Source: Octopus sinensis | Lineage: Eukaryota | DNA length: 64,000 bases | Assembly: GCF_006345805.1 (NCBI RefSeq) | Contig: NC_043005.1 | Span: 1,054,001 to 1,118,000 of the forward strand | Direction: 5' to 3' | Shown here: positions 50,800-62,384 of the stretch, in pieces | Layout of the letters: the number at the start of each line of letters is the position of its first letter | Numbering within the stretch: the stretch's first letter is position 1 | Notes under the pieces: generated by a model | Seen by the model: only the letters and a program-made list of their open reading frames with translations | The model's database searches: none | What the model was told of the DNA's origin: nothing | Program-made: the position numbers and the translations under genes

Positions 50800-50935
50800 A
50801 AATTCTTTTTATTTATTGACTCTGAAAGAATGAAAGCAAAGACAATTTCAGTGGGATTTGAACTCTAAATGTTAAGGCATGTGACTAAATATGACAGGCT
50901 ATTTTGTTTCATGCTATACTGGTTCTGCTACCCCA
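50800..50935 (-). mobile_element. Decayed SINE family A fragment
   Basis: gaaagaatgaaagcaaagac..gggatttgaactc is the reverse-complement core and B-box. Confidence 0.55.
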
Positions 50936-53900
50936 CTTGCCTTTTATGATAATAAAAAGGAAATCGTGCAAGCAAACATGCAATGGTTGGAATATTGGCG
51001 GTCAGCTATCTTCTTCATCATTGTCCTGTCGCTCTTCAGCCTGTGACATTCACCTGATTTATGGATATCCTTGAATGCAATTTTTATTCACAGTTGACAT
51101 CACATCTAATATATTTCTCATAGTGCTGTCAGTAATCTGAAACTCTTTGTTGTCGAGGTCAGGTTTTGTTAAGGTTTAGTAGGCAAACAACAATAGCTCT
51201 GGGACCACTGAGATATTTCTCCAGATCTGTGTGCAGATTGCTGTGATCTTTTAGTCTTTCTGCTAAGTTCTTACTGCTGTTGTTGTTCCCTTTAATGTGC
51301 TGCAAACAGTCGTTTTTACCTTTACAGCAAGTTGCTTTTAATACTGAGTCTGACTGTAGAGGTAGCTATAGCATGGATATCATCTTTTAAGGCAGGCAAG
51401 ATTGAAGTAGGACCATTCACAGTCATTCTTCAAAGATGAGGGCTAAATCTCAGAAGAAGCAAGCAGCAAAATGGATCAACAACCGAACCAATATATGGCT
51501 GATCACTTTTATTGTAGAGGTTAAGAAGCATAAAGTTTTGCCAAATATTAAGCATCACACTGATTCCATTAGGAATGTCAGTTGAATTTGCTGCAATTTC
51601 ACCATTCAGTCCTTAATGGCACCCTTTCCTTGGATGATGGAAATAAAGAAAGGACTTATTTCTTGAGTTGAGAATTTATCTGCGTGGGAAGGACTACGAC
51701 TCTCAAATTATTTTATAAGAAAAAATGTGAAAAGGATAAGCAAAAGGTGTGTATAGTTTGGATTTTTGATGCACTGACATTATAAACTCAAGTTTAATGT
51801 GGTGAGTGAAGTCTGATTTTAAAGTTAATGAACAAGGGAAGTAATTCTTCCAATTTAACAGTTTTATTAAAATTTTTTTTTTGATAATCTTAATAAGTAA
51901 CATTTAAACTGTTGCATTTTATCCTGTCTTCATAACTTAAGTATATACACCAAAATGATAACAAGAGGGCACTGATTAAAGAGTTCACATCCAGAGAATA
52001 TTCATCCCAAATTTCGTAATTGTAAAGAAAATTCAAAGAACAAATCAGATGGCAATAGCTAACATCATCATCATCATCGTTGAGGTAGAGAAGTGTTAGA
52101 AGATGCAAGACTGATTAAGAATTTAAAGAAATTGAAAAAATATTGAAAGTGTCTCAATATCAGCAGCATTTGAATTTAGAATAGTGAAACAGAGATAGAT
52201 ACTAGATTTCTTCACCATTATTTTTAGAAAGAGGAAGAGTACCTGTAACCATTGCAGATATTCTCAGACTGACAAGGTTGTTTAGTGCAAATTTGCCTAA
52301 TTTGGTTACCGTATGAAAAATCTGGGCAGAGTGAGAATTCGAGTGGGTTACAAAGATTTGGTGTTTACTGTTAAGTTCAGTTGATGGGCCAATAGAGATG
52401 TGATAAAGAAAGGCATCAAATAAGCCTGTAAGGATGTAGAAATTCAGTGGAGATGTTAAAGGAGTAGGAGAGTATAGCCAGTGCATATGTGGGCCGATTG
52501 TAGGGAAGGTGTTGTACAATTAGCAAATTCTTAGTAGAGTATGTCTCCAAACGTTGCCTTTATGTCAGTGTGCAAATGAAGCGTGTAGTGTCTGTGATGT
52601 GTTTGGATGACACCTGTATGTGGCAAGTTTGAAAAGCATGCAAGGTTGTATGAGTTGTGTCAATGCATAAAAGGAAACATGTAGGAGACAAAAGTGAGGT
52701 GAAAGATAGAGAAAAGTGTTGGTAGGATGTAGATTAGAGGGCCTTACTAAGACTCTGGACCAAGACCTGAGAAATGGATGGTAATTGCAGACAGCAGGCT
52801 GATATGTTAGACATGGGCAACAACACTGCTCCAACCCAAATTCTCAAGGGTGAGATCACTGGTGTTGTGACACAAGTGACCAAGTCTTAGGCAAAGCTGG
52901 CTCTACTAGAGACTGATGAAGGAAACATACGAAAGGGAATAAGGAGAGAATTGTTTACAACTGTTTCAGATGCTACAAGTGAGAGCAATGGAATGATCAG
53001 AAACAATATTCTTGTTAGAAATAGGATGCAAAAATGTGTTTCCATAGATTAAAGTAGAAACAGAGAAAGACCTTGAGTTTGGTGACAATAGAAACAGGCT
53101 TGAGAGACCTGTGTCTAAGGGTAGGGGAAAGACCACTATGGGAACTGGTTATATTATTCAGTTAGAATATTGGTCGACAACTGTGTGCTTGGAGAGGTAA
53201 GATATGGAGTTAAAGAGAAGATGCTGGCTTTAAATGGACTTACTCAGAGGTGATGCTATTTAGTTGTATTCGCAGATGAATGCTTTTTGTTATGCCCTTT
53301 TTATAAGGCTTTCTTTTCAAAGAAACTCAAGACTCTTTGCATCTGTGTAGGGGGGAGGTGTCACAGGTAAGTAATATTGCAATGATGGCAGTGTATGCCA
53401 CTTCATATATGTAGCTTTATCACACAATATGTCACTTGATCAGTCCCCAAACTCTCCCCTCACCATGACTGGGGGTTAAGATTTGGATTCTACAACACCA
53501 TTATTAGAGTAGCAGTTGATTAGATTGATTCCAAATGTAAAGAACTGGAGCAAATATCAAAAGGTATTTTGTCTTTAACAATTCTGCTGATCCACTACTT
53601 TCATATAATGACTGATTCTGCAACATTAGCAGCAAAGAATCAGAAAAACTGACTGAAATTTGGGAGGTGAAAGCTTTTGTCTTCCAATAATCCTGCAGCA
53701 TGTATTGTAATGGTGGATAAAATGCCTACCACTTGGTGAGGCTTTGAAGTTTTCTCCAGATGTTGGTCATTTTCTTTGCTGTACAGACAAACTGACTGCA
53801 AAAGAAGTGTTAGCCTGTGTTAAGATCATGAGCTTTCGTTGGGTGAAAGATGAGCAAGGGCATATCAATCATCTACATTGCTATTTTAAATTAGCAGAAT

Positions 53901-54459
53901 TGAAGCCGCAAACAGTTGAGAGGTAATGATGCAGAGACTGATGGTAAAGGATTGCTAAAAATAGACGAGAGTTCAGTCAAGAACATGGATGGATGAAGAG
54001 ACTAACAGAATTCAGGAGAGTAAATAATGAAACTTTGTGCAAGTAACATTGATATTAGGAGGAATCGAAGAGATGCGTGCACCAAAATCCTTGAGGAGGG
54101 TGATTTCTTGAGATAAATCCTCTTGAAGCAAGATGAGTGATGAGTTCAAAAACTGATGGAGAGAGAGAGGGGGGGGGCATCAACAATCTCCTAGCTTGGT
54201 TAAAATTTAACAATCTATGGTAGATAGCAAAAGGAAAAAAAAAATTGAAGATTTTCCTGCTGGTGCAAGAAACTAGATTCGCTAAGTGCAGATATAATGA
54301 TAATGTGGCAGAAATGAACAAGTAAAATCTTTATGGACTTGACTGTTCTGAGAGGAAGACAAAATAGGAAGAAGATTGCTAAGAAGTGAATACGGGACCA
54401 CCACCACCACCAAAAAGAAAAGGGATTCAATATCGAATGCAGTTGAAATGTGTACTTAC

Positions 54460-54577
54460 CATGTAACCATCATTGTATGCAGGAAGATCATATAGAGATT
54501 CAGGGACTGTATCTTGATCAGCAGCGTAAGTTCCAGCAGTCCTAGTTGATGGCCCCCGAGATAAGAAACCACCATCA
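54460..54577 (-). CDS. Internal coding exon of an unidentified host gene: (x)DGGFLSRGPSTRTAGTYAADQDTVPESLYDLPAYNDGYM
   Basis: Acceptor ctttcattatctttccag|T, donor ATG|gtaagt. 118 nt (phase 2 in, phase 0 out), open frame, non-repetitive and more GC-rich than its flanks. No database check possible. Confidence 0.75.
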
Positions 54578-54622
54578 CTGGAAAGATAATGAAAGTTTAA
54601 GTTTTGAGAGGGAGAAGATGAA

Positions 54623-54626
<4 letters not shown>

Positions 54627-54700
<74 letters not shown>
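54627..54700. repeat. (GA)37 microsatellite; (TC)n on the gene strand, 49 nt upstream of the 3' splice site
   Basis: Direct reading. Confidence 0.97.
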
Positions 54701-54706
<6 letters not shown>

Positions 54707-56316
54707 ATGTAAGTTTCAACAGCCTCTGTTATGGTTGGATGCATTTTGAAACATCACTCAACTTGCTTCTATTGGAAGAAAAATGGGGGTGGGGAAAGTT
54801 AAAACTGAGAGGCATTTTTAGCTTGTGCTATTTTCAGCTTATGTTGAATTCATTACCTAAGGGTTAGGACCTATTCTTGGTCCCTATTTTTTTTTCATCG
54901 AAAAGATTTGAAAGATTTTTGTAGGTCACAAAAGCACAGTTCCTACTAGCCCCAGCAGGTAAATCTTAACACACAAATACTGTTAAATTTAATTCAAATT
55001 TATTTGAAGTAAATTTAACTGTTTGCCTAAATTTTCATTGCCTAACTATAACCTCGGTCACTGATATAGTTCCACACTGCTTAGAGGCCTAAGGTTTTCT
55101 TTTTTTCCTTCTTTCATGTCAAGAGACATATTTATTATGTTTATCTTGATTGATTTTTCACTGCACCTGTCATCATCAGTCATCATTTGTCCTTCTTCAG
55201 AAAGTAAATGGATATCTTTTAACAACAGGAGAGAAATATAATAAAAATTATATTTAAAAACCCCCCCCAGAAAACTGTAGGACTTATAAAAACTAGCTAT
55301 CAACAGTCTTTAGCTCCAGTGGAACCATATCAGTGAGCAGGGTGTAGTTGTACAACAAAAATTTTGACTAACTGAAATTAATTAAATAGTTGTGTGTTAT
55401 TAAAAGACTTTTGCCCAATGTAGTTGCTTCCCTTCCAACACATCACCTCAGAGCAATTCACATATGAAAGAAACTTGTGTACAGCGCTCAGGCAGACAAT
55501 GGATAATTAAGTTAGTTTCTAGAGCCGTAGATCCACAAGAGCTTGTTGTTAAATGAATGTTTAATGACAGAAAGGGTAGTTAACCATTTATTGCTTTATA
55601 TTGCATTTTAGAGATATTTTTTAAAGACTGGGTACAGGGTAATCAAATCTTAGGAGCTACAATATCAATACCCACTCAAAAACTATTTGTCATAGTTGAA
55701 ATGGTCAGTAGATTGGAAGCAGTTTAACTAGGAAAGATACAGGATGCTGGAACCAATGTAGAAACTTGACAAGACAGAAATATCAGTTCAGTTTCCCTTA
55801 AATCTTTAAAAGAAACAAAAAAACAATTTTACTTAATGTGATTTTAAGCAAAAAAAAAAAAAAAAAAAAAAAAAAGAAACTAGAACACACAGCAGTAATG
55901 CTTCTAACCACAGGCCAAACTTGCAGCTCAACAGCAAAAAACCTCTCATAGGCTAATACCATATTATTATATACTTGGGTAAACCTTGCAACCCCTGTTG
56001 CTTTTGTTGCAGAAAGAGAAAAATTATTCCGACTTTTTCTTCTCTTCAACTGAGAAGGCAAAATATTTATTCACAATCCTATTAGCTGTTATTTGACCAA
56101 CAGCAGATATACAATGATGTACTGTTTGGCAAAATGATGGTGCATAGCAAAATGCCATGCTTGGTAGCTTTTCATTAAGATTTGATCCTGTGTTGGTTTT
56201 CATAGCTTCATTTAGATGTATCGATACAGAAACTATGCCATGAAGTTAAACTGTAAAATAGGATGTTGTGATTATTTGTCATGTGGGTGAAAAACAGGGT
56301 ACTTTGAGTTCAGTTG

Positions 56317-57154
56317 GATCCTTTCAGTTTCGTTCACAGATTTTTAAATTATTTTTTTTAACTAAACAGTTTGAAACTTTGTATACTTGTGTAATTTCTC
56401 ACCCAGAACATGGTTTACTTTGAACATTTTTGACAAAATTTCATATTTTAGAAGTTATTTCATGTTAAAGTTGTCCTATTTGGGTAACCAATCAACAACA
56501 TGTATTCAGCTGAAGAAAGCTACAGCTGTTTGCAATAGGAATCGAAGAGCAACAACTTCCAGGTCATCTCTACCAAATGTCACCACTCTGTTCTATCAAA
56601 TTTTTTTGTTTACTACCTGTGTTGCATATTATATGATTTTGTTTTTGTTTTGCTTTTTGATCGCCTCTTTGTACATTTGCCTGTGTTAATTTTGTGATTA
56701 TTTTCACCAATCTGTTGTATTTTATTTTTGTTTACTGCCTGTGTTGCATACTACATGCCCCTTTGCATTTTTACTTGTACAAAGAGGCAATAAAAAAAGC
56801 AAAATAAATAAATAAATAAAATAAACAAAGCATGTAATATGTATCACAGACAGTAAATAAAAATAAAATAGAACAGAATGGTGACATTTGGTAGAGATGA
56901 CCTGGAATTTGCTGCTCTTTGATTCCTATTGCAAACAGCAGTAGCTTTCTTCAGCTGAATACATGTCATTGATAGGCTAAGATTACCCAAATACGACAAC
57001 TTTAACATGAAATAACTTCTAAAATACGAAATTTTGTCAAAAGTGTTCAAAGTAATCTGTGTTCAGTGTGAGAAATTACACCAGTATACAAATTTCCAAA
57101 CTGGCTAGTTACAAAAAGAATAATTAAAAATCTGTGTGCAAAATTGACGAGATC
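56317..57154. mobile_element. Foldback / long-TIR non-autonomous element
   Basis: 56317-56675 and 56776-57154 are reverse complements with long identical blocks (e.g. ttttagaagttatttcatgttaaagttgtc, ccaggtcatctctaccaaatgtcacca). Spacer 100 bp; no coding capacity. Confidence 0.88.
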
Positions 57155-58089
57155 TGTTCAGTCTTTTGTCTTAAAGACACTTTGGTTGCAGTTGTAAGAT
57201 AGACTGAGTCAGAATATGATGGCTTTATTTCTTTGGGGTTTAGAAGAAGAATGATGATCTTGAAAGCTAATTTTGAAATGTAAGCATAAGGGTAGTTCAT
57301 AAGGGTAGGAACGAAAGTGTCTTTAACCAAGTATTGTAATCCCTCAGGTCTACCACTTATCCTCCTCCTCCTCCTCTGTCTCCATAGATTCACAGACTCT
57401 GTACTAAACACACTTTTTCTCATCTCTTTCTCAAGAACTAGAATGCTTTGGAATTTCATCTACAACTACATTATTTTCTTACAGACACTGGCAGCACACA
57501 GATTTCCAAACTGAATAACAACAGCATTAATCTCAGCAATATGGCATTGGTGATGGTGGTGGTGGGGGGTTGACAGTGGTGTCATGGATACTGCTCTCCT
57601 ACACAGCCAACAGCCTTATATATGAAAAAGAGAGAATAGAGGGAAGAAAAGAATAGGAGGGAATGAGAAGCAAAGGATGGGTAGGCAGAGAGAGAGAGAG
57701 AGGGTGGGGAATGAAAGAGGCAAAGGAAGAACTGGGGTAGGCAGATAACCCAAAGTAAAGATAAAAACATGACATTCTTTTTATTTTGGTTGACACTTTT
57801 CAGCTTCAAATGAAACTCAGCTCCATTGCCTCTCATTTCCTTTCTCTCTTTCACACACACACACACAACCAAAATCCTTTTGTGCCATTTCGTCCTCATA
57901 AATATGACAAAAGAGACTTGAAAAAAAAATTCTAAAATAGAAATCAGCTGACTTCATAAAAGTAAGGGAATTAAAAGTTCTGACTCAACAATGAACTGAA
58001 ATTGAGGTGGGAGGAAGTTGCAGGCAGAGGAGATAGAGTAGTGTGTGTGTGTGTGTGTGTGTGTGCATACACATGCGTGAAAAAACAAT

Positions 58090-59044
58090 AACACAAATGA
58101 TTGGTGAGAGGATAGATCTAGAAGAAAGGCAGTTTGGTTTTGTGTCTGAAAGAAATACTATAGATGCAATCTTCCTAGTGAGGTAACTGCAGGAGAAATA
58201 GTTGCCTAAGAGTAAACCCTTATTCCAAGTCTTTGCTGATATGGGGAAGGTAAATGACATGGTAACAAGTTCAGTATATGGTAATTGCCGAGGAAACTAG
58301 GTGGAGAGGAATGTCTTGTGAAGGTTGTGCAAGTTATGTACAAAGGTGCAGTTAATAAAACAAGAGTCACCATCAACTTCAGTGAAGAATTTAGTATGAG
58401 GGTTGAAGTCCATTGAGGCTCAATTCTCAGTCTGTTCCTATTCATCATAGTCCTACAGGCCATCACTGAAGAGTTTAAAACTGGCTGTGACCTAGATGTC
58501 ATAGCTAAAACTTTAGGGGAATTAGAAAGGAAATTCCAGGCATGAAAACTAAACCTAGAATTAAGAGGTCCTAAGGTAATCTTAGCAAAGACATGAAAAG
58601 TCTTAGTAAATAGAAAAGAAGCCAGGACCCAGGTATCTTCAGGGAAATGGCCTTATGTGATATGCTGAAAAAGAATAGGAATAAACTCCATATATTGTAC
58701 TTGATGGATTCACATTTAGTGGAATCACAGGCAGACTATGAGAGGACATAAGCTTCGTTATGAAATCACTGGAAAATGACTTCCTTGAATGTCTAGATGG
58801 CTTTCCAAAAATAGATGACAGCTTTTGCTACCTACCTAGGAGCAAAGGGAGTGGCTGCTTTGAAAGTACTGTAGTCAGAATAAAGGGTAGATTGTATGAC
58901 ACATGTGTCAGAACTGCAATGCTGCAGGGTAGTGAGATATGGGCCTTGGACACAGTGGACATGAAAAAACAGGTAAGAAATGAAGCTAGCATGCTCTGTT
59001 GGATGTATAATGCAAGTGTGCATGAATGACATAGTATAGATGTT

Positions 59045-59075
<31 letters not shown>

Positions 59076-59330
59076 GCTGAGAATAAGGGGAATCAGACGC
59101 AGAGAGCAAGAAAGAAGACTGCACTGGTGTGGGAATGGGATGCATATGGATGAGGAAAGCTGTATAAAGAAAATGCTGATCCCTACATGTGGCTGGAACT
59201 TATGGATGAGGGAGACCCAAGAAGACATGGTATGAAGTGGTGATGGTTGACTTCAGGATGTTGAGTCTTAGAGAAGAAATGATGACAAAGAACCAGGATG
59301 TCTGATACAAGACTTAAGGGAAGATTTGCC
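58090..59330 (+). pseudogene. Decayed RTE LINE RT region
   Basis: QFGFVSERNTIDAIFLVR*LQEK, VH*GSILSLFLFIIVLQAITEEFKTGC and RLYDTCVRTAMLQGSEIWAL. Many stops and a (GA)n insertion. Confidence 0.85.
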
Positions 59331-59373
59331 CATCACAGCAGAACTAATTTCTGGAAGCTCTGCGCATCTATGT

Positions 59374-59418
<45 letters not shown>

Positions 59419-60059
59419 AAATAAGCACATCACTCAACCAATCTCCTCCTCCTCCTCCTCATATCTCTCACTGCAGTTCTCTCCCAACTCCTGCTACCAC
59501 TGTTCTTTTTCTTACTCTCCAGAACCATCTCATTTGTTAACCTTTCTTCATCCATTAATATTGCTCTCTACACCCATGTTACATTGGCCACCCTTTCCAT
59601 CCACCACTGGGCCATTTAATTATCTTCCCTCATGCACTATACCCATCTCTCTCTCTCCTCTCACTATCAACTGTATCATCATCATCATCACAATCCTGTT
59701 GTTAGTATCCTTCTACCTTCCCCAACTTCTCACCATTCCATTAGCCTCTCCACCCTTCAATCCTACACAATCTTTACAGAACCTGCCTATCACCCTTTCC
59801 CCCTATCTTTTCCTCACCATACATTCTTGCACACCACCACCCCACTCCCTACTACTCACCTCCTACTTTCAGCCGCCACCAGGACACCTCATCTCCATGA
59901 TTCACCTCTTTGGAGACATTGCCAGTTCATTCTCACTCTCTCTCCTAAATGTGAATAGCTGTCTAACCTGCTCTACCTCACCGCTTTCACCCATACTTTA
60001 ACCCCCATCTAGCAAACGGACGCCCCTTGGCCCTCAAGTTGTGTAGCCTTTTGAACAGC

Positions 60060-60260
60060 ATAGCTACCTCACTAATAAAAGTGGATGAAAAAAGCACCCA
60101 GCACACCCTGTAAAGTGGCATTAGGAAAAGTATCCAGCCAGAGAAACCATGTGAAAACAGACACTAGAGCATGATGCTGCCCTTCAATCCAGCAGATCCT
60201 ATCAGACCATCCAACCCATGTCAGCATGGAACACAGAAGTTAAATGATGATGATGATGAT
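60060..60260 (+). mobile_element. RTE-tail-type short repeat with (ATG)n tail
   Basis: aaaagcacccagcac..ggcattaggaaaagtatccagcc..ccatccaacccatgtcagcatggaa..ttaaatgatgatg. Confidence 0.75.
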
Positions 60261-60261
60261 T

Positions 60262-60325
60262 AATGACAAGAGCAGAGGAGTAGTGTAATCACCTTCATTA
60301 GCTTACAACTGTTTCTGCTGACCTC
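60262..60325 (-). mobile_element. Fragment of the hammerhead-head / CR1-tail short repeat
   Basis: Reverse complement aligns ungapped to 61138-61196 at 44/59 nt and contains GAAACAGTTGTAAGCT. Confidence 0.65.
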
Positions 60326-60513
60326 AGCACCAATAAAATGGAGTGCACTGAGAATGAGAGACCATGCCCAGAAATATGCAGATTTACATAAACATATGTA
60401 TTCATGTATATGCATAATAAACAAGTGCATATGTGGGACCTCACTTGGCCCTACCTGAGATTTGAAATCGAATCTGTAAATTCATATATACACGTGTGTG
60501 TGTGTGTGTATGT

Positions 60514-60858
60514 GGTGCACAGCATAGCGGGTTAGGGAATTGCACTCATAATTGCAAGATCATGGTTTTGAATCCCAGACTTTGTGGTACTTTGTGTTCT
60601 GGAGTAAAGCACTTCATTTCATGTTATGCCATTCCACCTAGCTGTAAACGAACAACCCTGTGATAGACTAGCATTCTGTCCAGGTGTGTTGTCCGGTCCA
60701 GCTGCTAGCTGGCAGGGTGGGCATCATTCAAAAGCTACACTATGAGGAAATGCAATGCACTGAGACCAGTGCCATACAACAATAGGTGACAGTCAGATTG
60801 ATACAGTCAGATACATTCTCCAGAATGGTTGCAGCTCTTGAGCTGAAACTAATAAAAG
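60514..60858 (+). mobile_element. tRNA-derived CORE-like SINE with CR1-LINE-derived 3' tail
   Basis: A-box-like tagcgggttagg, B-box-like ggttttgaatccc, core tgtgttctggagtaaagcactt. Tail gcagctcttgagctgaaactaataaaa matches the LINE 3' end at 15124-15160. Confidence 0.75.

Positions 60859-60860
<2 letters not shown>

Positions 60861-60900
<40 letters not shown>
60861..60900. repeat. (CA)n microsatellite
   Basis: Direct reading. Confidence 0.95.
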
Positions 60901-60902
<2 letters not shown>

Positions 60903-61109
60903 GTTTATTATGTGCATATGTGAATACATACGTTTTAATCAATTTATATATTTCTGGGTGTGGCTTCAATTTCTCAATGCATATTGCATTGTCTATTTAT
61001 ATATATGGTTCTAAATGCCACCAAGTCTATTTATTCAAATGTTTGCAAAAATATATATATATACACTTCCTTTTAATGGCTCTAAGAAATTTATACAGTG
61101 TTGTACAAA

Positions 61110-61245
61110 CATGCAGCTCTGAGAGTATTACTTCTTACAGCTGACACAGCCATAAGCTAATGAAGGAGACTTCATAGTTCCTGTTCGCTTGTCATTCTGG
61201 CAGTGCCACAGCATGGCCACAGCCTTAGAGCTGAAACACATAACA
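61110..61245 (+). mobile_element. Short repeat with degenerate hammerhead-like head and CR1-LINE 3' tail
   Basis: agct-CTGAGAG...GACACAGCCATA-agct head, homology to 60262-60320, and tail ggcagtgccacagcatggccacagccttagagctgaaac. Confidence 0.55.
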
Positions 61246-61565
61246 GAAAATATATATATACATATACACACACACGTGTGCATGTGTGTGTAAAGTTAAA
61301 TATGAAAATAGCAATATAAGAGCCACAGTAATCCAAAACTTTACACATGAAAAATTTCTGTTAGAATAAATCTTTGTAATACTTTCATGTTTGGGTGAAT
61401 GAGTATTCAAGGCCCAGGATTTGAAATTATAAGAACCAACACTCAAGTGGTTGGACATCTCTAACTAACATACATACATAAATTTTTCATGTTTTTATCT
61501 TTCACACATAGGATGTTTTATGTATAACACAACAGCGATGCCGTGCATCAACTGAAGGCAACAAG

Positions 61566-61843
61566 TCATCATCATCATCGTTTAACGTCCGTTCTCCATG
61601 CTAGCATGGGTTGGACGGTTCAACTGGGGTCTGAGAAGCCAGGAGGCTGCACCAGGCTCCAGTCTGATCTGGCAGGGTCTCTACAGCTGGATGCCCTTCC
61701 CAACGCCAACCACTCCGTGAGTGTAGTGGGTGCTTTTTACATGCCACCGGCACAGGTACCAGGCGAGGCTGGCAACAGCCACGATTGGATTGGTGCATTT
61801 TACGTGCCACCGGCACGGAAGCCAGTCGAGGTGGCACTGGCAA
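61566..61843 (-). mobile_element. Young RTE LINE 3' UTR fragment
   Basis: Highly similar to the reverse complement of 62900-63181; CpGs largely retained. Confidence 0.93.
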
Positions 61844-62384
61844 AAAGACTGTTATATGGTCCCAGCAGACAAAATGGAAAAGGCATTGCAGTGGAGGATG
61901 GTGACAAGGGAGATCTACTGGAACAATACAAACTGATGGCCAAACATGTAGCCTATCCCAATCCTTTTTCAGAGTATTTAGAAACATATAATCTAGGAAC
62001 ATATCATCAAGTGTGTCCTTCCTTTTTTAATGACAGTGTGTGCTTTGGATGGAAATCTCAAAGATTTCTAGCAGGTCAAGTGGTTGAGTAAAGTGTTATT
62101 AGTTGTACTTCTAGTAGTAGTAGTAGTAGTAGTAGTAGTAAAAGGTTAGCTATGATAACATAGCAACTGAAATTAATACTAAAATATTGAGGGTTGACTT
62201 ATAGATCTGAAATTTACGTTGCAGTCACTAAAAGTCTGATTATACTGGAGATTTTCTGGGGGTTGTTTTTTTCAAAGTTTTGGAACATGTGGACTTTGCA
62301 TGCAGGAGGCTGAGAATTTATTCCAATGGAACTTTACATCCTGTACTGACTTGAAGGTATTGTTCATTCAAAGAAGCAAGGAAA

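Noticed and set aside
52200-54200. Purine-rich stretches with faint RTE-like peptides
   Set aside because: Probably very old LINE debris, but no motif is clear enough to set boundaries or family.
55985-56051. Minus-strand exon candidate LKRRKSRNNFSLSATKATGVA, phase-compatible with the 54.5-kb exon
   Set aside because: The only phase-2 donor is the weak gtttac; insufficient support.
59387-60001. 204-aa and 108-aa plus-strand ORFs
   Set aside because: Low-complexity C/T-rich sequence starting in a (GT)n repeat; biased L/S/P/H composition without coding signals.
60514-60590. Possible tRNA gene
   Set aside because: A/B-box-like motifs are degenerate, no cloverleaf can be drawn, and the sequence continues into a SINE core and LINE-derived tail.
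61543-62091. 182-aa ORF
   Set aside because: Mostly the antisense reading of an RTE 3' UTR running into flanking DNA; the same pseudo-peptide recurs at other copies.
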